Source of the DNA: Myxococcota bacterium | GTDB taxonomy: Bacteria; Myxococcota; Myxococcia; Myxococcales; Myxococcaceae | Direction of reading: 5' to 3' | Assembly (NCBI GenBank): GCA_049322255.1 | Contig: JBMORE010000001.1 | Span: 1 to 42,825 of the forward strand | Length of the DNA: 42,825 bases | Shown: in pieces, positions 27,042 through 36,475 of the stretch | Position numbering within the stretch: the stretch's first letter is position 1 | Layout: each line of letters opens with the position of its first letter | Notes under the pieces: generated by a model | The model's database searches: none | What the model was told of the DNA's origin: nothing | What the model saw: the letters and a program-made list of their open reading frames with translations, nothing else | Position numbers and translations under genes: made by a program

Positions 27042-29009
27042 ATGCCAGGTCCCATCCGCGGAAGACGGAGTCCTCCCCCGGGAGAGAGCGGAAGCACGAC
27101 CGACACGACTGCTCCCGCCTCCGCGGACACGCCCGCCTCCAACGCCTGGGGGCCCACTCCCAGCAGCTCGCCGAGATGGAAAAGTCCGGCGGCTCGAAAT
27201 CGCCCCGCGCTGAGCACCGCCGACTCGCTCTTCAACCCGGCGGGGGTGGGCAACGTGAGCGGCCAGGCCAAGGTGCTGGGCAACCTGCCCATGCTCAACG
27301 ACGGCAGCCAGCGCCCTGGAGCCGACCGAGGTGGGCTCATCGACGACCCCAACTCGGTGATGACCCAGGCCAGTGACGCCAGCGGTGCCGCCGACATTCG
27401 GCGCATCGTCACCATGCGCGAGGGGGCTCCCAAGACCGCCGAGCTGGTGGCCCAGAAGCTCGCCGAGCTCTACGGGCCCTTCACCGCGGCGAACACTCCG
27501 GAGAACCGCGCCGCCATCCTCGCCAACCTCACCTGGATTGCCGACACCAGCAAGGGCATCGCGTACGACGACTCACGTGCCAGCTTGAGCGACCCGACGA
27601 CCCAATCGCCCAACGAGACACTCTCCTCCCGCTCCGGGGTGTGCCGCGACATTCACACCACCACCAGCGCCGTTCTGGCTTCCCTCGTCAATGCGCGGCA
27701 GGTGAACGGCAAGTGGGTGCCTGGCTCGCCCGATGGCCAAGAGGCCAACGTGCAGACGATTGAATTCAACAACCCCACCGAGCACCACGCCTTCATGGTG
27801 TACCGCGACCCGGTGACGGGCGGTTGGAACGCGCTGGAGTACGGCAAGCATTACAAGCTCGACGCTCCCAACGCCGTCGACGCCTTTCGCTCCTTGCCCG
27901 GGTACATCTCCGGGTACACCCGCTACACGCTGAACGGTTGGGACGGCAAACCCTTCGTCAACAGCCGCGGAGCGGTGGGCGCCAACCGCTCGAACGCCTT
28001 CTTCAAGGAAGATGCGGGCGTGGGGGAAAAAGGCGAGGTTCGGTTCCAGGTGGGGTCCAACCAGCTGGGGACCACCGCTTTTCTCACCGAGCGGCTTTCG
28101 CTGAGCGCGGCGGTCGACCCCAGCGAGCTGAAAAACGGCTTACGGGGAGGCATCAAGGTCAACTACCACGACGATTTCGAGACCGTGGACCGCAAGGGGT
28201 ATCTCCGGGTGGCGGGGGGCGTCACCGCCGACTTCTTCGAAGCCAGCCAACGAATTGGCCAGCGGGGCAAAGCCGAGCGCGGCCAATACCAAACCTACGT
28301 CCTCGGCCTCAAAGTCGATGGACGCCTCGAAGGCAAAGAGCGCGAGCTGCTCCGGCAGCACCTCAAGGCCAGCTACGGCGTCGACCTCGACACCTTGGTC
28401 GGGTTGCCGGTCTCCACGGGCGACGGGATTCAAGGCTTCGTGGTGCCGGTAGGAGCGCTCAGCGACTACGCGCTCAACAACCTCGGGGCCGATGCTCGGC
28501 TGTCTGGCCAGGAAAGGCTGAGCGACAACCTCACCTTGGACTGGGCGGTGCGGCTGCGCTACCAGGCAGACCTCATCAACGCCGGCAAAGAGCTTCGAAC
28601 CAGTGGACGAAGCACCGCCGCGCGCAGCCTGCTCAAAGACCCGCCGCGGGCCGAGTTCGGCATGGCGCTCACCCACCGGGCTCCTGGCGGATTGGTGACT
28701 CGCTTCGAGGCGGGGGGCACGCAGCTTTTGGCGCGCCCCTACGACCCGAAGACCTCCCCGCAAGAGCTCCACCAAGCGGTGCTCACCGTCTCTCCCGAAA
28801 GCGGGCTTTTGAACTTCGGCTTGGTGGCCAAGGGGGAAACCATCGACCAGAAATTCATTCCGGTGAACGGCCTGGGAGTCGCCCTCGACTACAACCCCAG
28901 CCGTCACGTCTCGGTGGGGGCGGGCGTGCAGAGCGTCTTCCCCGACGGAAACGTTCGGGACATCGGCCAAAACGTGCAGGTCACCGGAAACGTCAGCGTG
29001 CGTTTTTGA
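27042..29009 (+). CDS. Hypothetical protein: transglutaminase-like motif plus beta-rich C-terminal region
   Basis: 'SPNETLSSRSGVCRDIH...HHAFMVY...WNALEYG'; alternating-residue strands ending 'VQVTGNVSVRF'. Confidence 0.65.
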   Translation: MPGPIRGRRSPPPGESGSTTDTTAPASADTPASNAWGPTPSSSPRWKSPAARNRPALSTADSLFNPAGVGNVSGQAKVLGNLPMLNDGSQRPGADRGGLIDDPNSVMTQASDASGAADIRRIVTMREGAPKTAELVAQKLAELYGPFTAANTPENRAAILANLTWIADTSKGIAYDDSRASLSDPTTQSPNETLSSRSGVCRDIHTTTSAVLASLVNARQVNGKWVPGSPDGQEANVQTIEFNNPTEHHAFMVYRDPVTGGWNALEYGKHYKLDAPNAVDAFRSLPGYISGYTRYTLNGWDGKPFVNSRGAVGANRSNAFFKEDAGVGEKGEVRFQVGSNQLGTTAFLTERLSLSAAVDPSELKNGLRGGIKVNYHDDFETVDRKGYLRVAGGVTADFFEASQRIGQRGKAERGQYQTYVLGLKVDGRLEGKERELLRQHLKASYGVDLDTLVGLPVSTGDGIQGFVVPVGALSDYALNNLGADARLSGQERLSDNLTLDWAVRLRYQADLINAGKELRTSGRSTAARSLLKDPPRAEFGMALTHRAPGGLVTRFEAGGTQLLARPYDPKTSPQELHQAVLTVSPESGLLNFGLVAKGETIDQKFIPVNGLGVALDYNPSRHVSVGAGVQSVFPDGNVRDIGQNVQVTGNVSVRF

Positions 29010-29031
29010 GGCTCGCGGCAGTCACCACCAA
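28989..29031 (+). repeat. 43-bp direct repeat, left copy
   Basis: aacgtcagcgtgcgtttttgaggctcgcggcagtcaccaccaa; 41/43 identical to 30054-30096. Confidence 0.95.
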
Positions 29032-29137
29032 CGAACCCACCGATGGAATGGTTCGTTCCTGTCCACGGAAGGGAATATCGACCGCTTCGTATGGGACTGG
29101 AAGGTGAGCTACTGTCATGGTGGTGATGGAGGCCTAG

Positions 29138-29347
29138 GTGTTGAAGCGACCCGCAAGGCTGCCGTTCTTGGAAGCGCTCGCTTGGCAACGTGGGGCAATT
29201 GAGCATTTGACGCCCGAGGAGCATCTGAGCCTCTACGAACGTAACTGGCGGCTCCGTGGCGTCGTCGCCGAACCGAGCTCCGAAGAGCTTCGCTACATTC
29301 GCGAACTGGCGCGAGCTTTCCAATCCGACCTCTGTGTCTCCGTATAA
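29138..29347 (+). CDS. Putative antitoxin partner of the AbiEii-type toxin
   Basis: GGAGG RBS; 69 aa 'LPFLEALAWQ...LSLYERNWR'; overlaps the toxin start. Confidence 0.65.
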   Translation: MLKRPARLPFLEALAWQRGAIEHLTPEEHLSLYERNWRLRGVVAEPSSEELRYIRELARAFQSDLCVSV

Positions 29348-30074
29348 GCGCCCGTACCATCAGCGGCTTGCACGCGTCATCGACCGCCTCGATTCGGCGC
29401 GTCTGCGCGAGTGCGGAGCCCTTTTCGGTGGGGGTACTCTTATCTCGCTGGTGCTCGGCGAATTTCGCGTCAGCCGCGACCTGGATTTTCTCTGTCCCGT
29501 GGGCGAGGGTTACCGGCGTCTGCGGCAACTGGTCGACGAGCAGGGCGCCCAAGGGCTTTTCCAGAATACCGAAGGCGTGGGGTTGCCTCGACCGGCACGC
29601 GCAGATCAGTACGGGGTCCGGTTTCCGATTGCCTTTGAAGGCGAGCTGATCAAGCTGGAGATCTTCTGTGAGGCCCGAATCGCGCTCGATCCTCCCGAAA
29701 ATGTTCCTGGGCTCTCTGTCGGCTGTCTCTCCACGGGTGATCGCTTCGCAGAGAAGCTATTGGCCAACGCGGACCGGTGGGCCGACGACTCCATCGAAGC
29801 ACGAGACTTGATCGACCTTGCGATGATGCGGCGCAAAGGCCCCATTCCACATGCGGCGGTGGCGAAGGCCGCGGCGGCATACGAAGTCGAACCAGCACTC
29901 AAGCGCGCCCTCGAAGCGTTCGGCCGGCGTCCTGGCTTCCGAGCGCGTTGCATCGAAGCTCTCGAGATTCATCCACCACACCTGAGCGATCTCTACGAGG
30001 GACTGAACCTGCTCGCGGGCGATCTCGGACTTCCTCGTCTGGAGGGTGTCGGCAACGTCACCGTGCGTTTTTGA
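29334..30074 (+). CDS. Nucleotidyltransferase, AbiEii/AbiGii toxin family
   Basis: 'FGGGTLISLVLGEFRVSRDLDFLC', 'ADQYGVRF', 'IKLEI', 'EKLLANADR', 'RDLIDL'. Confidence 0.88.
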   Translation: MSPYKRPYHQRLARVIDRLDSARLRECGALFGGGTLISLVLGEFRVSRDLDFLCPVGEGYRRLRQLVDEQGAQGLFQNTEGVGLPRPARADQYGVRFPIAFEGELIKLEIFCEARIALDPPENVPGLSVGCLSTGDRFAEKLLANADRWADDSIEARDLIDLAMMRRKGPIPHAAVAKAAAAYEVEPALKRALEAFGRRPGFRARCIEALEIHPPHLSDLYEGLNLLAGDLGLPRLEGVGNVTVRF

Positions 30075-30096
30075 GGCTCGCGGCGGTCACCACCAA
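30054..30096 (+). repeat. 43-bp direct repeat, right copy
   Basis: aacgtcaccgtgcgtttttgaggctcgcggcggtcaccaccaa; contains the stop codons of both the toxin (+) and the TPR gene (-). Confidence 0.95.
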
Positions 30097-33000
30097 GTCC
30101 CGGGCCTGAATCAAGTCGACCTCTCCGGCGAAGGCGGCGAAGGCTTCGTACTGCTCGGGGCGTATTCGCGCCATCTGCAGCCGGTACTCCTCTTCGATGA
30201 GAAGCTGGTTCTTTGACCACTTCTCCTTGCGAAGGAAGCTGCCGAAGGGACTGGTGGAGGCCAGCTCAGGCACCACCTCGGCCACGGTGAAGCCCGGCGG
30301 CAGCGTCAAGGTGGCGCGGGTGCGGCTGTGCTCGCTGGCGGAGATGAACAGCGGCGTTTTTCGGCTGCCCACCTGCACGAAGCGGCGGCCGAGGTAGGCG
30401 GGGAAGGTGACCGAGGGCATCATCAACCTTCCTTCGCCCTCCACGCGGGCGAAGCGGGGCGCGGTGAACTGGTAGCGCACCTTCACCGGGGCGCCCACTG
30501 CGCGCTCCATCGAGAGCGTCAGCTGAGTGAGCTCGGCTCCGCTGAAGTAGCGGGCGAGCGCGCTTTGCAGTGCCTGGTCTCGCTGGTCGGGGGAGAGTGA
30601 CTCGAGCGCCTCGGCCAGCTGCGCGCCCTCGAAGCCCTGATAGGTCTCTTCGCCCGTCCCGGTGAGCTTGCCGTCTTCGCGGAGCGTCAGAGAAAGCGAC
30701 ACCTCCTTGCCCGCGCGGCCGGAAGAAGGAGGGGTGCGCACCTTGATCAGCGGCCGGTTGGGCTCGGGCAACAGGTACGCCTCGCGGTCCACGGCCTGCT
30801 CGGGCAGCTCCCCGAACGGAGCGAAGCGCACCACCGGGTCGAGCCACACGCTTCCCCCTTCGGGTAGCTCCACCCGAAGGCAGAGGTAGGAGAGCAGCGC
30901 CTCGTTGGGGAAGCGGTAGGGCGCCGGGTCGGCGGAGAAGGTACGCACCGCCGCCAGCCGGGTGGGCAGCCCCGCCGCCTCCAGAGAAGCCTTGAGCGCC
31001 CACAGCCGGCTGCCACGGTCTTGCGCCAGCGAGGCGGCCGCGGAGACCGACAGCCCGCCGTCACGTCCTTTGAGCTTCTGGTGCACTGCCTCGTAGATGG
31101 CGCGCACCGCGGAAAGGCCGGTCTTTCCCTCGGCTGCCTTTTTCGAAAACTCCACCACCTCGTGGGTGAGAACGCCGCGTTCCAAGAAGGCGTCGGCGTA
31201 GGCAGCCACCACCCCCTCGTTGCCCTCGGCGCCCGCTCCCACCTGCACGAAGGGCAAATATTCGTTGCTGTTGGGTGGCCCATCGGGCTCGGGGATGTAG
31301 GGGGGCGAGTGGCGCACCTCGTGGAAGAAGACTTCGAGGTCTCCTTCCACCTTGGGCGGCGGGGCGGTCATGTTGTGCGCGTCGACCTTCAGCCCCGCTC
31401 CCTTGGGCGCCAGCACCCGGTAGGTGGCCCAGTGGTCGGGCTGGCGGAAAATCTGGAAGTAGAAGCTGGAAGCGGTAAAGCCCGGTTGGGCCGGCCCGCG
31501 CGCGCCGTGGGCGAGCAGGTACTCCGCCTCCACGTAGTCTCCCACCTGCACTCCAGGAAGGCTGATCGCGTCTTTCCCCTCGATGCTTTCCGGCTCGAGC
31601 ACGCTGCCGTCGGCCTTCACCGTGCGCAGCTTCAAGACGTACGCGCCTGCGGGGAGGTCGACCTCCGCCACCTGCTGCACCCCCGCCTGGTCGAGCACCT
31701 TTTGCACGGTGTGGATACGGTCGAGCACCGAGCCGTCGGGGTAGGCACGCACGGTGGCGGCGTCGAGCACGTAGGTGCTGGTGGCGTCCTCGGTACCCGG
31801 CTGGGCTTCGTAGGCGGCGATCGCTTCCCGGCCATCGACCGCATAGGGCTGCAGAGGCTCCGCGCCCGTGCGAGCGCGCTCCACCATTCGCCGCAGAGCC
31901 AAATCACTTCCGTCCAAAGCCAGCGCTGCTTCGCGCAAGGCGAGGGCCTTGTCCTTGTCCCCGGCGAATTCGTGCACGTCGGCCAGGCGTTTGAGCAGGG
32001 CGGCGTTGCGCGGCCACCGCGCTCTTTGGGCCTGAAGCTCGGTCAGGGCGGGCTCGAAACGCCGCAGCGCCACCCACAGGTTCACCAGGGCGTAGACGCT
32101 GGAGAGGTCGGCTGGCTCGCGCGCCACGAGCGCCTGGTACTGCTCCACCGCTCGTTCGAGCTGGCCCCGGCTTCGTTCATGCTCGGCGGCGCGGGCGAGC
32201 GCTCTGGGGCAAGTGGAGAGCTCCTTCAGAAGCTCGTCGGCGGCCTGGGCGGCGTCACGCCGGCGGGCGAGGTCGTAGCGCAAGGAGAGCGCCTCGCACA
32301 GGGTGGGTTGCAGCGCGAGCGCCTCGCGGGCGAGCTCCTCGGCTTTGGCGTCGGCCCCCATCGCCAGCGCCACCCGCGCTTCCAGGAGCGGCACCGGGTA
32401 GCTGAGCGGCTTGGCGGCGCCGCGCGCCTCGGCCAAGAGAGCCAGGGCGTCGGTGTGACGGCCGTCGTCGAGGGCCAGGTCCGCTTGCCACAGGCGGGCA
32501 CGCACATCGCCTGGGTCCTTCTCCAGGGCGGCCTCGAGGTCACGGGTGGCGTGGCCCCGGGCCACCTTGGCGGGCAGGGTGCGGTCGTGCAGCGCCAGCT
32601 CGGCGCGCAAGGAGCGCAGCGCGGGCGACTCGCCCTGAAGCGAGGCGGCCAGCGCTTTGGCTCCGTCGCGGTCGCGGGACATGCCGTCTTTCGCGGCGAG
32701 GAAAGCGGCCAGGTACCCCCCTGCTTCGTCCTCGAGGGCGCGGGCGAAGTCAGCGGCATCGGGGTACACCGACGGCGGCGAAGCTTCTTCGGGCGGCGGG
32801 GGGCTCCACCGAGGCGCCGGCCCGGTCGCGGGGGTGAAGGTGACCACCGAGGGGTTGCCGTCGGCGCGCATCACCGCCAGCGAGAGGGTGCCCTGGCGGT
32901 CGCCCTGAGACAGCCGTACCAGCAGCCGGTGTGCCCCCGGGGCAAGGCGCACCGCCGCCGCGCTCACCGTCGACTCTGGGCGCGCGAAGCTGCGGCGCTC

Positions 33001-33858
33001 GAACAGCAGCGCTCCGTCGAGGTAGAGCTTGTGCGCGGAAGAGGAGACGGTGCGCAGCACGTAGAGCTCTTCGTCAGGAACGTGGACGTCCACCGCGACC
33101 AGGTAGCCATCGCCCTGGGAAGGTTCTCCCGCCAACGAGAAGCGCCCGTCGGGAAAGCCCAAGGTGCGCGCCCGTGTCTCGCCGAAGGGGCCGGCGAGCG
33201 AAGCGGGCACATGGCCGGTGCGCTCGGGGTAGGTGGCCTCGTCGAAGGAGAGCACTTCGTAGGGGGAGAGGGGGCCGAGGAGGGTGAGGCGCACCGGCAC
33301 ACCCATCTCCGCCAAGGTTTTGGCGAAGGACACCGTCTTGCCGTGCTGCTGGTAGATGAAGACGAGCGCGCTGCGCCCCAGCTGGGCCGCGTCGCCGGGC
33401 AGCCCAGCCGCCAGCGCCGAAGGCACGCGCTGGAGAATGAGCTCGTCGGTCTTTTCCGCGCTGCCCGCGGCCTCGAGCACCGCCCGTGCCGCCGCACAGG
33501 CCAGCGGGTGGGCAGGGGCGCGCTCCAAGAGGTCGAGCGCTGCCTCGAGCTTGTGCACCGGGTTAGCCGCCCGCTCGGCCAGAAGCAGCTGGCCGTGCAG
33601 CGCGTAGGGCTCGCTGGGGTTTTCGGCCAACGCCTGCTCGAACCGCTCCTTGGCCCGGGCGGCGTCGCCTTCGAGGAGCAGCGCATGGAAGCCGGAGAGC
33701 GATAGCTGCCGCGCGGAGGCGGCGCCGGCGTTCGCCGCGTGGTCGGCGGTCTCCAGGGCCTCGGTGGGAGAAGGAGCGCGGCGCGTGCAAGCGCTCGTCT
33801 CCAGCAAAAGGCAGAGGGCGATGGACAGGAGAAGTCGGAAGGTGGGTGCGGTCCCCAT
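30058..33858 (-). CDS. Large TPR lipoprotein with DUF3857/transglutaminase-like C-terminal region
   Basis: Lipobox-like 'LLLETSA-C'; TPR helices; 'LRTVKADGSVLEPE...LPGVQVGDYVE' and 'VWLDP'. Start is ATG 33858 or a GTG slightly upstream. Confidence 0.75.
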   Translation of the reverse strand: MGTAPTFRLLLSIALCLLLETSACTRRAPSPTEALETADHAANAGAASARQLSLSGFHALLLEGDAARAKERFEQALAENPSEPYALHGQLLLAERAANPVHKLEAALDLLERAPAHPLACAAARAVLEAAGSAEKTDELILQRVPSALAAGLPGDAAQLGRSALVFIYQQHGKTVSFAKTLAEMGVPVRLTLLGPLSPYEVLSFDEATYPERTGHVPASLAGPFGETRARTLGFPDGRFSLAGEPSQGDGYLVAVDVHVPDEELYVLRTVSSSAHKLYLDGALLFERRSFARPESTVSAAAVRLAPGAHRLLVRLSQGDRQGTLSLAVMRADGNPSVVTFTPATGPAPRWSPPPPEEASPPSVYPDAADFARALEDEAGGYLAAFLAAKDGMSRDRDGAKALAASLQGESPALRSLRAELALHDRTLPAKVARGHATRDLEAALEKDPGDVRARLWQADLALDDGRHTDALALLAEARGAAKPLSYPVPLLEARVALAMGADAKAEELAREALALQPTLCEALSLRYDLARRRDAAQAADELLKELSTCPRALARAAEHERSRGQLERAVEQYQALVAREPADLSSVYALVNLWVALRRFEPALTELQAQRARWPRNAALLKRLADVHEFAGDKDKALALREAALALDGSDLALRRMVERARTGAEPLQPYAVDGREAIAAYEAQPGTEDATSTYVLDAATVRAYPDGSVLDRIHTVQKVLDQAGVQQVAEVDLPAGAYVLKLRTVKADGSVLEPESIEGKDAISLPGVQVGDYVEAEYLLAHGARGPAQPGFTASSFYFQIFRQPDHWATYRVLAPKGAGLKVDAHNMTAPPPKVEGDLEVFFHEVRHSPPYIPEPDGPPNSNEYLPFVQVGAGAEGNEGVVAAYADAFLERGVLTHEVVEFSKKAAEGKTGLSAVRAIYEAVHQKLKGRDGGLSVSAAASLAQDRGSRLWALKASLEAAGLPTRLAAVRTFSADPAPYRFPNEALLSYLCLRVELPEGGSVWLDPVVRFAPFGELPEQAVDREAYLLPEPNRPLIKVRTPPSSGRAGKEVSLSLTLREDGKLTGTGEETYQGFEGAQLAEALESLSPDQRDQALQSALARYFSGAELTQLTLSMERAVGAPVKVRYQFTAPRFARVEGEGRLMMPSVTFPAYLGRRFVQVGSRKTPLFISASEHSRTRATLTLPPGFTVAEVVPELASTSPFGSFLRKEKWSKNQLLIEEEYRLQMARIRPEQYEAFAAFAGEVDLIQARDLVVTAASLKNAR

Positions 33859-33875
33859 GAGGGAGAGTTCGTACC

Positions 33876-35726
33876 TCACTTCCGCTTTGACACGCGCTTC
33901 TTCAGAGCCGAGGTCTTGGAGCCGCCCGACTTTTTCGGCTGGGTTTTGCCTGCCACCGGCTTGGGGGTGACCTTGGCCACCGTGGTCTTCTTTTCCTCTT
34001 CGACCACCACCACCGGGGGAGGAGGCTCGACGTCGGCGATGTAGCGCACCTCGGCGAAGGCGCACGAGGCATTGAGACAGCCCACCGCGGCGCGGGGCAT
34101 CTCGCCGAACTCCTTCTTCCAGCTCGCCCCCAGGCTCAAGGGGTCGCCGAGCATGCGGCGGTCACGGTCTTTTTTCTCGCCCAGGTAGGCGGTCAAATCG
34201 CCCGTCTCGTCGTCGATGGTCAGCTCGAGGTCCAAGGGCCCAGGATCGACATTGAGCGGGCTGCTCATGGTGCCGCGCCGCTCACCCAGCGCCCACTCCA
34301 AGGTGGGTGGGCTGACGCCGCCCGAGACGATGAGCGCCACGTAACGGTCGTTCTTTCCCAGGAGCATGAGCGCCGAACGGGGCTCGGGCGCCGGCCCTGA
34401 GAACCACTCGCGCAGGCGGGAAAAAGCGGTTGGCTTGGAGACCAGGGTACGCACTTCGGCGCGGAAGGAGAGCCCGGTGACGTTTTGCTCGCCGTCGAGA
34501 TCCACGTCGAGCACCGCGCGCCCAGCGGTCGCATCGTCCTCGGGGCGGCCGAAAAGGATCTTTCCTTCGGAGAGGCTGGGCTTTCGCCCCATCGCCACCA
34601 CGGGAACGGTGTCGGGCCCGTCGCCCAAAGAGAGGTCGCGGCTCTTGGGGCGACGTTCGATGCGGCCGGGCGTGGTGAGCGGCCACTTGGTGCCGAAGTC
34701 GGTGGTGAGCTCATCGCCCGCGGGCTTGCGCAGCTTGGGGGAGCTGCCGCGCAAGAGCGACACCGCCAGCACCAAGGTGGCGGCCACCACCAAAGTGACG
34801 GTGCCCACCCGGGCGACGCGGCGCACCACCCGGCGTGCCAGCTCCTTGGCGCGGGCGGCGGGGCTCGAGGGTCTTCCCGGCAGCGAGTGGCTGGTGGCGG
34901 GCAGCAAGGGCTCGAGGTCGGCGAGGAGGTCGGTGACTTTCTGGTAGCGGTCTTGGGGCAGGGGCTTGAGGCAGCGGGCGACGATGGCGTCGAGTCGCTT
35001 GTCGACGCCGGGCTTCTTCTGCGAGGGAGGGTCGTACGTGCCCACGGGCAGCTCGCCCACCAGCAGCTCGTAGAGGATGACGCCCAACGAGTACACGTCG
35101 GCGCGGTGGTCGACCGACTTGGCGTCGACACGCTGCTCCGGCGCCATGTACGAAGCGGTGCCCATGGAGACGTGCGTCTGGGTGATGTTCAAGTTGGCGG
35201 CGAGGGACTGCTCGTGGGCGAAGCCCGCCAGCCCGAAGTCACTCACTTTGGCGATGCCGCCCGCCTGCTCGTCGAAGAGGATGTTCTCGGGCTTCAAGTC
35301 GCGGTGAATGACTCCGCGGTTGTGGGCGTAGTCGATCGCCCGGCAGACCTCGTGGATCATCCGCAGCGAGCTGGTGCTGTCGAGCAAAGGAGAGCGCATC
35401 ACCTCGCGCATCGAAGGCCCGTCGACGAATTCCATCACCAGGTAGTAGGTGGACTCGGTCTTCCCCTTGTCGACGATGGAGACGATGTTGGGGTGGGAGA
35501 GGGTGGCGAGCGCCGCCCCCTCTTTTTCGAAGCGGGCGACGAAGGTCTCGTCCTTGGCCAGCTCGGTGGCGAGAATTTTCACCGCCACCGTTCGGCCCAA
35601 AGACAGCTGAACCGCCCGGTGCACCTCGCCCATCCCCCCCTTGCCCACGAGCTTCTCCAGCCGGTAGCCGGGGATGAAGTCCGGAGGCCGCAGCCGGCTG
35701 ATGGCGGTTTTCTCGACGGTGGCCAT
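33876..35726 (-). CDS. Membrane-anchored Ser/Thr protein kinase (Hanks type)
   Basis: 'GKGGMGEV', 'VAVK', 'HRDLKPEN', 'DFG', 'GTASYMAPE', 'DVYSLG'; one transmembrane helix, then an extracytoplasmic domain. Confidence 0.95.
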   Translation of the reverse strand: MATVEKTAISRLRPPDFIPGYRLEKLVGKGGMGEVHRAVQLSLGRTVAVKILATELAKDETFVARFEKEGAALATLSHPNIVSIVDKGKTESTYYLVMEFVDGPSMREVMRSPLLDSTSSLRMIHEVCRAIDYAHNRGVIHRDLKPENILFDEQAGGIAKVSDFGLAGFAHEQSLAANLNITQTHVSMGTASYMAPEQRVDAKSVDHRADVYSLGVILYELLVGELPVGTYDPPSQKKPGVDKRLDAIVARCLKPLPQDRYQKVTDLLADLEPLLPATSHSLPGRPSSPAARAKELARRVVRRVARVGTVTLVVAATLVLAVSLLRGSSPKLRKPAGDELTTDFGTKWPLTTPGRIERRPKSRDLSLGDGPDTVPVVAMGRKPSLSEGKILFGRPEDDATAGRAVLDVDLDGEQNVTGLSFRAEVRTLVSKPTAFSRLREWFSGPAPEPRSALMLLGKNDRYVALIVSGGVSPPTLEWALGERRGTMSSPLNVDPGPLDLELTIDDETGDLTAYLGEKKDRDRRMLGDPLSLGASWKKEFGEMPRAAVGCLNASCAFAEVRYIADVEPPPPVVVVEEEKKTTVAKVTPKPVAGKTQPKKSGGSKTSALKKRVSKRK

Positions 35727-35845
35727 GGGCGAAGACGTTCCTTTTGAACGCTATCGGAAGCCCGCCCTCTTGGACAACGAGATGAGGGCCGCGCCGTCTC
35801 TCCGTGCTTGCGTTCTGGGCGCATATCTGCACGCCTTGGGCTCGC

Positions 35846-36475
35846 ATGGCAGTCGCCTCCCAGCTTTGCGCGTTGCACCGCGAGCTTGCCGCTTGCCGCG
35901 CCTGCCCGAAGATGGTGGGGCCGGTGGTGCACGGACCTCCGGTGGTAAGCCCGGTGTTCCTGCTCGGTCAGGCGCCCGGACCGCGGGAGGGAAGCTTCGG
36001 CCGCCCTTTTGCGTGGACGGCGGGGCGCACCCTCTTTCGCTGGATGGAGCAGGCGCTGGGCCTTTCCGAAGAAGCCTTCCGCGCCCGGGTGTACATGGCG
36101 GCGGTGGCGCGCTGCTTTCCCGGCAAGGCCAAGGGCGGCGGCGACCGCAGGCCCGACGGAGAGGAAATCTCCAACTGCCGCCGCTTCCTTTCGCGCGAGG
36201 TGGAGCTGCTGCGGCCCCAGTTGGTGTTGCCGGTGGGGACGCTGGCCATCGAGCAGGTGTTGGGGGAAAAAGCGCCGCTGGCGGAGGTGGTGGGGCAGCT
36301 TCGCCGCCGTCGATATCACGGGGTGGAGGTCGACGTGCTGTGCCTGCCGCACCCCTCGGGAGCCTCCACCTGGCACAAGAAGGAGCCGGGGAAGACGCTC
36401 CTGGCGAAGGCGCTGCGCCTTTTGGGAGCGCACCCCGTGGCGCGACGGCTGTCAACGCAGCGGGAGGTGGGGTGA
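35846..36475 (+). CDS. Uracil-DNA glycosylase superfamily protein
   Basis: 'CRAC', 'LGQAPG..E...GRPFAWTAG', 'RCFPG', 'LPHPSG'. Confidence 0.88.
   Translation: MAVASQLCALHRELAACRACPKMVGPVVHGPPVVSPVFLLGQAPGPREGSFGRPFAWTAGRTLFRWMEQALGLSEEAFRARVYMAAVARCFPGKAKGGGDRRPDGEEISNCRRFLSREVELLRPQLVLPVGTLAIEQVLGEKAPLAEVVGQLRRRRYHGVEVDVLCLPHPSGASTWHKKEPGKTLLAKALRLLGAHPVARRLSTQREVG

Noticed and set aside
27070..27092. cctcccccgggagagag as a partial element copy
   Set aside because: Only a weak stem resemblance with no pyrimidine tail; plausible by chance at this GC content.
31021..33705. Very long alternative-frame or antisense ORFs (e.g. 31021-33705 +, 11197-13455 -, 17754-19520 -, 20168-21541 +)
   Set aside because: Shadow ORFs expected in high-GC DNA; they overlap genes with clear motifs and have none of their own.
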